Assembly (NCBI GenBank): GCA_045599485.1
Contig: JAZRWA010000057.1
Location: forward strand, 1 to 21,173
DNA from: Clostridia bacterium
Lineage (GTDB): Bacteria; Bacillota; Clostridia; Christensenellales; Aristaeellaceae
Length of the DNA stretch: 21,173 nt
Direction of reading: 5' to 3'
Of this stretch, positions 14,599 to 21,173 are shown piece after piece (within the stretch, counting starts at the first letter, position 1; each line of letters opens with the position of its first letter). Position numbers and translations under genes: made by a program. The notes under the pieces were generated by a model. That model had not been told where the DNA came from, did not search any database, and saw nothing but the letters and a program-made list of their open reading frames with translations.

Positions 14599-16572
14599 AT
14601 GGATATTCAGCAGAAAACGATCAATACCCTGCGCGCTCTGGCCGCCGATACCGTTCAGAAGGCCAATTCCGGTCACCCCGGCGCCCCCATGGGCATGGCT
14701 GCCATGGCGTATGCCGTGTGGGCCGAGGGCATGTGCCACAACCCCGCCGACCCTGCGTGGCAGAACCGTGACCGCTTTGTGCTCTCCAACGGTCATGCCA
14801 GCGCCCTGCTGTATTCCCTGCTGCACATGTTCGGCTACGGCCTGACGATGGATGACCTCAAGAGCTTCCGTCAGTGGGGCAGCCGCACCCCCGGCCATCC
14901 CGAATACCGCCACACCCCCGGCGTGGAAACCACCACCGGCCCGCTGGGTCAGGGCATCGCCAACGCTGTGGGCTTTGCCATTGCCGAGACCATGCTGGCC
15001 GCCCGCTTCAACAAGCCCGGCTACCCCGTGGTCGATCACCGCACCTTTGCCTTCTGCGGCGATGGCTGCATGATGGAAGGCATTGCCGCCGAGGCGGCCG
15101 CCCTGGCCGGCACCCTCAAGCTGGGCAAGCTGACCGTGGTATACGATGATAACGATATCTCCATCGAGGGCAACACCGACATCGCCATGCGTGAGGATGT
15201 GGGCGCCCGCTTTGCCGCCTACGGCTGGCAGGTGCTGAAGGTGGAGGACGGCAACGATCCCCAGAAGATCCTGGCCGCCGTCAACGAGGCCATGAAGGAC
15301 GAGCGTCCCTCCCTGATCATCTGCAAGACCATCATCGGCTTCGGCTGCCCCGCCAAGCAGGGCACCGCCGGCTGCCACGGCTCTCCCCTGGGCGATGACA
15401 ATGTGCTGGACATGAAGCGCACCCTGGGCCTGCCCGAGGATACCTTCCGTGTGGATGACGATGTGTATGCCCACCTGGGCACCTGTGCCGCCCGCGGCGC
15501 CAAGGCCGAGGAAGACTGGCAGCGCATGATGGAAGGCTATGCCGCCGAATATCCCGAGCTGAAGGCGAAGTACGACAGCTGGATGAGCGGCGAGCTGCCC
15601 GAGGGCCTGATGGATGATCCCGAGCTGATGGAGTTTGAAGGCAAGATCGCCACCCGTGCCACCAGCGGCACCACCATTCAGCGTTTGGCCAAGCGCATCC
15701 CCAACCTGGTGGGCGGCAGCGCCGACCTGGCCCCCTCCAACAACACCTACATCAAGGACGGCGGCGATTACAGCGCCGAAAACCGTCTGGGCCGCAACAT
15801 GCACTTCGGCGTGCGTGAGCATGCCATGGCCGCCATCTGCAACGGTATAGCGCTGCACGGCGGTCTGCGCGTCTTCTGCGGCACGTTCTTTGTCTTCTCC
15901 GATTACATGAAGCACGCCATCCGCATGAGCGCCATCATGAAGCTGCCCGTCACCTATGTGCTGACGCACGACTCCATCGGCGTGGGCGAGGACGGCGCCA
16001 CCCATGAGCCCATCGAGCATCTGGCCGGCCTGCGCTCCATCCCCGATCTGCAGGTGTTCCGCCCCGCCGACGGCAAGGAGACTGCCGCCGCCTGGCTGTC
16101 CGCTTTGACCGAAGGTCTGCCCACCTGCCTGGTGCTGACCCGTCAGGGCCTGCCCCAGTACGATCACTGCGGCCGCTGCCCCATGAAGGGCGCTTATGTG
16201 CTCAGCGATTGCGACAAGACCCCCGACCTGCTGCTCATGGCCAGCGGCTCCGAGGTGGAGCTGATCATGGGTGCCCAGAAGCAGCTGGCAGAGGAGGGCA
16301 TTGCCGCCCGCGTCATCTCCGTGCCCAGCATGGATCACTTTGACAAGCAGGACGCCGAATACAAGGAGTCCGTGATGCCCAATGCCGTCCGCGCCCGTCT
16401 GGCGGTCGAAGCCGGCGCCACCATGCCCTGGTTCCGCTATGTGGGCCTTGACGGCGCTGTGGTGGGTCTGGATCACTTCGGTGCTTCCGCTCCCGCGGGC
16501 GTGCTGTTCAAGGAGTATGGCTTCACCGTGGAAAACGTGGTGGCTCAGGCCAAAAAGGTGCTGGGAAAATGA
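14599..16572 (+). CDS. tkt: transketolase (single-chain, full length)
   Basis: Start set at ATG 14599 (MDIQQKTINTLRALAADTVQKANSGHPGAPMGMA...), with AAGGAG 10 nt upstream. ThDP motifs are SGHPG, RDRFVLSNGHAS, GPLGQGIANAVG, GDGCMMEGI and HDSIGVGEDGATHEPIEHL. The stop TGA overlaps the murC ATG (ATGA). Confidence 0.95.
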   Translation: MDIQQKTINTLRALAADTVQKANSGHPGAPMGMAAMAYAVWAEGMCHNPADPAWQNRDRFVLSNGHASALLYSLLHMFGYGLTMDDLKSFRQWGSRTPGHPEYRHTPGVETTTGPLGQGIANAVGFAIAETMLAARFNKPGYPVVDHRTFAFCGDGCMMEGIAAEAAALAGTLKLGKLTVVYDDNDISIEGNTDIAMREDVGARFAAYGWQVLKVEDGNDPQKILAAVNEAMKDERPSLIICKTIIGFGCPAKQGTAGCHGSPLGDDNVLDMKRTLGLPEDTFRVDDDVYAHLGTCAARGAKAEEDWQRMMEGYAAEYPELKAKYDSWMSGELPEGLMDDPELMEFEGKIATRATSGTTIQRLAKRIPNLVGGSADLAPSNNTYIKDGGDYSAENRLGRNMHFGVREHAMAAICNGIALHGGLRVFCGTFFVFSDYMKHAIRMSAIMKLPVTYVLTHDSIGVGEDGATHEPIEHLAGLRSIPDLQVFRPADGKETAAAWLSALTEGLPTCLVLTRQGLPQYDHCGRCPMKGAYVLSDCDKTPDLLLMASGSEVELIMGAQKQLAEEGIAARVISVPSMDHFDKQDAEYKESVMPNAVRARLAVEAGATMPWFRYVGLDGAVVGLDHFGASAPAGVLFKEYGFTVENVVAQAKKVLGK

Positions 16573-17969
16573 CCCCTCAATACCACATTGATGATTATGC
16601 CGGACGCCGTGTGCACATGATCGGCATCGGCGGCAGCAGCATGTCGGGTCTGGCCGAGATGCTGCTGCGCCGCGGCTTCCGTGTCACCGGCTCCGACCGG
16701 GCGCACAGCCACAGTGTCGAAAGGCTGGAAGCCATGGGCGTCAAGGTGGGCATCGGTCACGATCCCGCCTTTACCGCCGGGGCGGATGTGATCGTTTACT
16801 CCGCCGCCATCAAGCCGGACAACCCCGAGCGCGCCTATGCGTTTGAAAAGGGCATTCCGCAGATCGAACGCGCCGACCTGCTGGGTCAGCTGATGGCCGG
16901 GCACAGGCAGCGCGTGTGCATCTGCGGCGCGCACGGCAAAACGACCACCTCTTCCATGACGGCGCAGCTGCTGCTGGATTGCGGTCTGGACCCCACCGTG
17001 CACATCGGCGGGCGGCTGGATGCCATCGGCGGCGGCACGCGCGCGGGCAATGGCGAATTGTTTGTCGCCGAGGCCTGCGAGTACGCCGGCAGCTTTCTGC
17101 ACATGCCGCCCACGGTGGCGGTGGTGCTCAACATTGACGCCGACCATCTGGATTATTACGGCGACATGGAGCACATTGAAGAGGCCTTCTTTCACTTCTG
17201 CTCTCTGCTTCCCAAGGACGGCCTTGTCATCGGCTGGGGCGATGATCCCCGCGTACAAAAGCTGATGACCCGGCTTGACCGCCGTCACGAGACCTTTGGC
17301 CGCACCCCTGCCAGCGACTGGTACCCCGAAAACATCGTCAATGACGATCACGGCTGCCCCGCCTTTGATGTGCTGCATCAGGGCAAAAAGCTGGGGCGCG
17401 TGCAATTGCAGGTGGCGGGCAGCTTCAACGTGACCAACGCCCTTGCGGCGCTTGCCTCCGCCCACGCCGTGGGCGCGGACATGGACACGGCGCTTGCCGT
17501 CATCGGGCAGTTCAGGGGGGCGCATCGGCGCTTTGAGCACACCGGCGATATCGACGGCGCGCACCTGTACACCGATTACGGTCACAACCCCGTTGAAATG
17601 CGGGCGGCCATCTCGGTGGCCATGCAGCAGCACGCCAACCGTGTGTGGGCGGTCATGCAGCCGCACACCTTCAGCCGCGTCAAAACGCTGTTCAACGATT
17701 ATCTGACCTGCACCGAGGAAGCCGACATCACGCTGGTCACCGATATCATGGCGGCCCGCGAGGTGGACCCCGGCGATATCAACAGCGGCATGCTGGTGGA
17801 GGGCATGAAGCAGCACGGCATCCACGCCGTGTGGACGCCTTCCTTTGACGATACCGAGCGCTACCTGCGCGAGCACTGGCAGCCCGGCGACCTGGTGCTG
17901 ACCATGGGCTGCGGCGACATCAACCTGCTCAACGAGCAGATGCACGCCCACGGCGACACGAAGCGATAA
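16569..17969 (+). CDS. murC: UDP-N-acetylmuramate--L-alanine ligase
   Basis: 466 aa. It has VHMIGIGGSSMSGLAEMLLRRGFRVTGSD (Rossmann N-domain), ICGAHGKTTTSSM (Mur ligase P-loop) and GAHRRFE, a typical MurC layout. Stop is TAA. Confidence 0.95.
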   Translation: MTPQYHIDDYAGRRVHMIGIGGSSMSGLAEMLLRRGFRVTGSDRAHSHSVERLEAMGVKVGIGHDPAFTAGADVIVYSAAIKPDNPERAYAFEKGIPQIERADLLGQLMAGHRQRVCICGAHGKTTTSSMTAQLLLDCGLDPTVHIGGRLDAIGGGTRAGNGELFVAEACEYAGSFLHMPPTVAVVLNIDADHLDYYGDMEHIEEAFFHFCSLLPKDGLVIGWGDDPRVQKLMTRLDRRHETFGRTPASDWYPENIVNDDHGCPAFDVLHQGKKLGRVQLQVAGSFNVTNALAALASAHAVGADMDTALAVIGQFRGAHRRFEHTGDIDGAHLYTDYGHNPVEMRAAISVAMQQHANRVWAVMQPHTFSRVKTLFNDYLTCTEEADITLVTDIMAAREVDPGDINSGMLVEGMKQHGIHAVWTPSFDDTERYLREHWQPGDLVLTMGCGDINLLNEQMHAHGDTKR

Positions 17970-17979
17970 GAACGATCAA

Positions 17980-18021
17980 GGGGGAACCATACTTTCCGAA
18001 GCCGGAATGGATGGTTCCCCC
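17980..18021. repeat. nested hairpin repeat, copy H5 (loop in GAAGCC orientation)
   Basis: The sequence is gggggaacca-tac-tttccg-aagc-cggaa-tgga-tggttccccc, starting 11 nt after the murC stop. Only a short ttt follows it. It shares the GGGAACC-type outer stem with H2 and H4. Confidence 0.55.
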
Positions 18022-18089
18022 CTTTGCCCCCTCTCGAGAAAGGGCAGTTTAACACACAGCGCCATGATAAACAAAGGAGGTGTGTACCG

Positions 18090-18722
18090 GTGAAGCAGCT
18101 TCTCTGCTATGGCGATTCCAACACCTGGGGATACGATCCCGTCACCCACGACCGTTTTCCATAGAGCATCCGTTGGACCGGTCTGCTTCAGGCAAAGCTG
18201 AAGGATGCCGATGTCCGCGTCCTGGAGGAAGGCCGCAACGGCCGGACGACCGTGTTTGAGGACCCCGCCTGGGAGGGGCTTTGCGGTTATACGGCCCTGT
18301 CGGAGCTCCTGCAGGCCCAACCGCCTTTGGATGCCGCCATCCTCATGCTGGGGACCAATGACTGCAAGACCTGTTTTCACGCCTCTGCCGCGCAAATTGC
18401 CGCCGGCGCAGGCAAATGCCTCGATCTTCTGCTGCAGTGCCTTCCCGCCCAAAGGATCCTGCTCATCTCGCCACTTCATCTCGGTCCCGATGTCTGGCGG
18501 CCCGACCACGATCCGGATTTTGATCAAAATTCGGTCGCCGTGTCCCATCAGTTGGCAGAGGCCTACCGCAAGGTGGCCGCGGAAAAGCACGTGCGCTTTC
18601 TGGATGCCGCCCAATACGCCGCGGCCAACCCCGCCGATGATGAACATCTGGATGCCGCCGGTCACGCCGTGATGGCGGACGTCCTCCTGAAAACGATTCG
18701 GGAGATGCTGCAACAATTTTGA
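18090..18722 (+). pseudogene. SGNH/GDSL hydrolase interrupted by a single in-frame TAG at 18162..18164
   Basis: Own translation from GTG 18090 (AAAGGAGGTG lies 7 nt upstream) gives VKQLLCYGDSNTWGYDPVTHDRFP*SIRWTGLLQAKLKDADVRVLEEGRNGRTTVFEDPAW... It continues in the same frame into track ORF 18252..18722. SGNH block I (GDSNTWG, the nucleophile Ser) lies upstream of the TAG. Blocks II (GRNGRTT), III (GTND) and V (DEHLDAAGH) lie downstream. Terminal stop is TGA. Confidence 0.7.
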
Positions 18723-18728
18723 TAAAGC

Positions 18729-18773
18729 AACGCCCTTGCCTTGATGCGCATCAAGGCAAGGGCGTTGTTTGTT
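18729..18773 (+). terminator. rho-independent terminator after the SGNH gene
   Basis: A perfect 17-bp stem AACGCCCTTGCCTTGAT-gcgc-ATCAAGGCAAGGGCGTT followed by GTTTGTT. Confidence 0.75.
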
Positions 18774-18851
18774 CTATGGGCCCTGCAGGGCCATGAAAGG
18801 CCATGTGCAAAAAATGCGGTTCGTGATAGAATCCCGCAGAAGCCTTTTCCG

Positions 18852-19484
18852 TCACAGGCCCGTAAGGTCGTAAACCTCCGCGGCAGGCTGACCGTAGGTA
18901 CTGTCAATATACATCAGCATCGGCGTTCCCAGCGATTCAAAGTACCAGATGTCCGTTCCGTTTGCATCCCAGTACTTTACGTTGGTGATGAATCCGGGGG
19001 TGCTGCTCCTGGGGTCCAGGAATTCCATAAGCGTCTTCAGGTCCTCCGTTTTGCCCTCCGAACAGGCTCCTACCTGTTCATTCAGCTTGTTGATGACGTG
19101 TTCCTGTGCCTCCGGTTTCCAATCCGAAGCAACGCAAATCACCAGAAACAGCTTTTCGGCTTCAAAGTAATAAGCGAGATTTGCTATATATCCGTCGGCT
19201 TGTCTGATCCACTTCATCAGTGCGGAAAAATCGGCGGGGTCGCCTGTATAGTCGTCCACGCCTTCGATGTCCTTCAACTGCTCGGCGATCTTGTTCGGGA
19301 AATGGTAAACCCGATAACCGTTCCCGACCTCACCGGATAAGTATTCCTTCCCTTCCACCGCCGTCACTTCTTCGGGGGACATTCCCCAGGTGATACCGTT
19401 GCGGATGACAAATGCCTCTGCAGACGCGCTGCCGCTCAGCAGTACCATCAGCATCAACCAAACCGCAATCATCCTCTTTTTCAT
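18852..19484 (-). CDS. secreted protein of unknown function (lower GC than its neighbours)
   Basis: 210 aa. MKKRMIAVWLMLMVLLSGSASAEAF is a Sec signal peptide with an ASA-E cleavage site. AGGGGGA lies 5 nt upstream of the ATG. The gene starts 33 nt downstream of the deacetylase gene. Stop is TGA. Confidence 0.7.
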   Translation of the reverse strand: MKKRMIAVWLMLMVLLSGSASAEAFVIRNGITWGMSPEEVTAVEGKEYLSGEVGNGYRVYHFPNKIAEQLKDIEGVDDYTGDPADFSALMKWIRQADGYIANLAYYFEAEKLFLVICVASDWKPEAQEHVINKLNEQVGACSEGKTEDLKTLMEFLDPRSSTPGFITNVKYWDANGTDIWYFESLGTPMLMYIDSTYGQPAAEVYDLTGL

Positions 19485-19517
19485 ACGAATCCCCCTGTTT
19501 CCGTTCGTCCTCGTCTG

Positions 19518-20891
19518 TCACTCTGTCACAGGCTCATAGCCCGCCAGATTGTACGGCGCAACGCGCGTGTACACAATGCCGGGCTCCACGCCGCCCACAC
19601 GGCAAGCCAGCAGCTCACTGACGGTCACGATCTGATACCCCTGCCGCACCAGCTCGGGAATGACCCTTTCCATGGCGGCGGCCGTGGTGGAATAAATGTC
19701 ATGGCACAGCACGATGGCGCCGGGGCCCACTTCCTTCATGATCTCGTTGTAGATCTTGGAGGCATTGCGGCTTTCCCAGTCGCGGGAATCCACCGACCAG
19801 TTGACGATATACAGCCCCATATCGCCGCATACCGAGCGCGCCGTCTTGTTCATGTTGCCTCCCGGCGGACGCAGGAGCGTGACCTTTTGCCCCGTCATCT
19901 GATAGGTCAGGTCGATGCACTTTTGCAGGTTATTGCGGATGGAGGAGGCCGACAGCTTGGTCAGGTTGTTGTGGGACCAGGTGTGGGTGCCGATCTCGTT
20001 GCCGTCGGCAATGACCTGCGCCACCTCTTTGGCGTATTCTTCCATGCGGTGACCCTGCATAAAAAAGGTGGCGTGCGCGCCGTTTTCGCGCAGGATCTGA
20101 AGCACCTTCATGGTGTGCTCGGAAGGGCCGTCGTCAAAGCTGAAGGCGATCATGGGGCGGGACATGTCCACGCCCTCCGGCAGAAATTGGGCGTTATACT
20201 CCTTGCGCGCCGCCAGCTCGGCCTCGGTCATCTGCGTCACCGTGCTGGAAAGCACATAGCCGACCGCGCCGGCATAATGCACCTTGAGCCACTTGCCGCC
20301 GTCCTCCAGCACATCCACCACCGCGGCGGAGGGGATCTTCGCCAGCGCGGTGGAGCCGGTATCCTTCTTGATGCGCACCGTCACCGCCGCGCCTTCATAG
20401 GTCACCAGCGCCACGCCGATGGGCGTCAGGTCGCCCGCGGGCTCCAGATACTTGGTCATGGCCCAGCCTTCCAGCCCGCCCTTTTCCTTGCGCACATACG
20501 CCCAGTCACCGTTCTTTTCCACCATGTATACCACGGTGCCGATGTTCATCTTTTCCAGCACGTCCGACTTGGTGGTCGCATCCGTGCGCAGGTTCAGCGC
20601 GCCGCCCTTGACCAGATACCGCTCCAGCACAGGCTCGGGCGTTGCCGTGGGCACGGGCGTGGGCACCTCGGTCGGCACAGGCGCAGGCGCCTCGGTCGGC
20701 ACAGACGTGGGAACGACCGTCGGTTCGGGCGTCGGCACAGACGTGGGAGCGATCGTCGGCACTTCGGTAGCCAAAGAAGGCGGAATAAACACGGTCGGCA
20801 TCGGCGTTCTGTCCGCCTCCGCCGCGGCGCCGCACATCAGCAGCACCAGCAGGCAAAGCGTGCAAAGCAGCACGCGTTTTGTTTTGAGCAT
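19518..20891 (-). CDS. secreted polysaccharide deacetylase: signal peptide, Pro/Thr linker, two SH3b-like domains and a NodB homology domain
   Basis: 457 aa. The order is MLKTKRVLLCTLCLLVLLMCGAAA signal peptide, then a VPT-rich linker, then SH3b-like segments (LNLRTDATTKSDVLEKMNIGTVVYMVEKNGDWAYV and VTVRIKKDTGSTALAKIPSAAVVDVLEDGGKWLKV). NodB motifs are IAFSFDDGPSEHT, GTHTWSH, LLRPPGG and IVLCHD. GGAGGG is the RBS. Stop is TGA. Confidence 0.9.
   Translation of the reverse strand: MLKTKRVLLCTLCLLVLLMCGAAAEADRTPMPTVFIPPSLATEVPTIAPTSVPTPEPTVVPTSVPTEAPAPVPTEVPTPVPTATPEPVLERYLVKGGALNLRTDATTKSDVLEKMNIGTVVYMVEKNGDWAYVRKEKGGLEGWAMTKYLEPAGDLTPIGVALVTYEGAAVTVRIKKDTGSTALAKIPSAAVVDVLEDGGKWLKVHYAGAVGYVLSSTVTQMTEAELAARKEYNAQFLPEGVDMSRPMIAFSFDDGPSEHTMKVLQILRENGAHATFFMQGHRMEEYAKEVAQVIADGNEIGTHTWSHNNLTKLSASSIRNNLQKCIDLTYQMTGQKVTLLRPPGGNMNKTARSVCGDMGLYIVNWSVDSRDWESRNASKIYNEIMKEVGPGAIVLCHDIYSTTAAAMERVIPELVRQGYQIVTVSELLACRVGGVEPGIVYTRVAPYNLAGYEPVTE
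20671..20766. repeat. imperfect tandem repeat (about 36-bp unit) encoding the VPT-rich linker
   Basis: GTCGGCACAGACGTGGGAACGACCGTCGG (20695-20723) is repeated as GTCGGCACAGACGTGGGAGCGATCGTCGG (20731-20759). A partial copy GTCGGCACAGGCGCAGG starts at 20671. Confidence 0.5.
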
Positions 20892-20923
20892 AAGCCCTCC
20901 GAAAAAACGTTTTTTACCCTGCT

Positions 20924-20952
20924 ATTATACTCTTTTTCCCTGTTTTCTTCAA
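20924..20952 (-). promoter_or_regulatory. sigma-70 promoter of the deacetylase gene
   Basis: The minus strand reads TTGAAG (20952-20947), a 17-nt spacer, then TATAAT (20929-20924). The 5' UTR contains the 14-nt AT palindrome AAAAAACGTTTTTT (20902-20915), just upstream of the RBS. The -35 overlaps the stop codon of the upstream radical-SAM gene. Confidence 0.6.
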
Positions 20953-21173
20953 GGCGTGGGGCGGCGGCCCGAAAACATCATCGCCGCCAGCTGCTTCATG
21001 TCCGCAAGATGCCGGTCAAAAAACAGCTTGTAGCCTTCGCAGAGGCGGTTTTCGCCGATCTCGCCCCGGATATCCCGGTCACGGCAGCAGCCGCAGCGGC
21101 ACAGCGCATAACAGGGACAGGCACGGCATGTTTCGGGCACAGGCAGGCTGCGGGTGATAAAGCGCTGCTGCAC
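20949..21173 (-). CDS. radical SAM/SPASM-domain maturase, C-terminal fragment (anaerobic sulfatase-maturase-like); the N-terminus lies beyond the window
   Basis: The translation ...PETCRACPCYALCRCGCCRDRDIRGEIGENRLCEGYKLFFDRHLADMKQLAAMM has the Cys-rich SPASM cluster followed by the N.LC.GYK.FF pattern typical of anSME-type enzymes. The leading M in the track is only the GTG at the window edge. Stop is TGA. Confidence 0.65.
   Translation of the reverse strand: MQQRFITRSLPVPETCRACPCYALCRCGCCRDRDIRGEIGENRLCEGYKLFFDRHLADMKQLAAMMFSGRRPTP

Noticed and set aside
13137-17951. Very long minus-strand ORFs (13137..14498, 14569..16476, 16545..17951) opposite the phosphohexomutase, tkt and murC genes. 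Similar cases are 10931..12388, 10024..10797, 3171..4016 (+), 4785..6008 (+), 5975..6838 (+) and 7370..8305 (+).
   Set aside because: Their translations are Ala/Gly/Arg/His-rich low-complexity sequence with no motifs. Each lies antisense to a gene with unmistakable family signatures. These are typical stop-poor shadow frames in high-GC DNA.
18779-18792. A perfect 14-nt palindrome GGCCCTGCAGGGCC, followed by the duplicated ggccatg, between the SGNH terminator and the next gene.
   Set aside because: It is a single short GC palindrome with no partner sites or positional relation to a promoter that I can identify. That is insufficient to call a binding site.
19151-19163. gcttttcggcttc inside the 18852..19484 gene matches the inner arm and loop of the hairpin-repeat family.
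   Set aside because: There is no complementary arm on the other side (it continues as aaagtaataagc). It lies within a continuous coding frame, so it is most likely a chance half-match.
1-21173. A search for CRISPR arrays, tRNA/rRNA genes, IS elements, integrases, toxin-antitoxin pairs and known defence-system signatures.
   Set aside because: No spaced direct repeats were found, and no tRNA-like T-arm (GGTTCGAATCC-type) motifs. No transposase, integrase or nuclease/ATPase defence-type ORFs were recognised in any frame.

Overview
This is a high-GC (about 60%) Firmicutes/Clostridia-type chromosomal segment; Oscillospiraceae-like is only an inference from gene content. It is densely coding and shows no integrase, transposase, CRISPR array, tRNA or rRNA. 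All product calls come from reading translated motifs by eye; no database search was possible.

Gene order, left to right:
- partial GDPD phosphodiesterase (-)
- truA (+)
- a peroxide-stress operon on the minus strand: glutathione-peroxidase homologue, TIGR03905/TSCPD 4-Cys protein and OhrR-type MarR regulator
- a lipoprotein (-)
- a 455-bp non-coding gap packed with structured hairpin repeats
- a small sigma-region-4-like HTH protein (-)
- an OmpR-type response regulator and histidine kinase pair (-)
- ygjV-like, flavin-reductase-like and yczE-like membrane genes (-)
- degV (+)
- a secreted protein (+)
- a tiny membrane protein coupled to a BspA-type LRR protein (+)
- a DUF2461 / phosphohexomutase / tkt / murC operon (+)
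- an SGNH hydrolase (+)
- a lower-GC secreted protein (-)
- an SH3b plus NodB polysaccharide deacetylase (-)
- the 3' end of a radical-SAM/SPASM maturase (-)

Most notable observations:
1. Two genes carry an in-frame TAG at protein-like positions, while none of the 23 gene ends in the window uses TAG. This means either two nonsense pseudogenes or amber suppression/reassignment. A third gene is frameshifted, which favours the decay or sequencing-error reading.
2. A family of nested hairpin repeats has a conserved inner stem-loop and variable but complementary outer stems.
3. The uncharacterised 4-Cys TSCPD protein is translationally coupled between a thiol peroxidase and OhrR. The operon sits behind a consensus promoter overlapped by three AATYGATT boxes phased at 14 bp.
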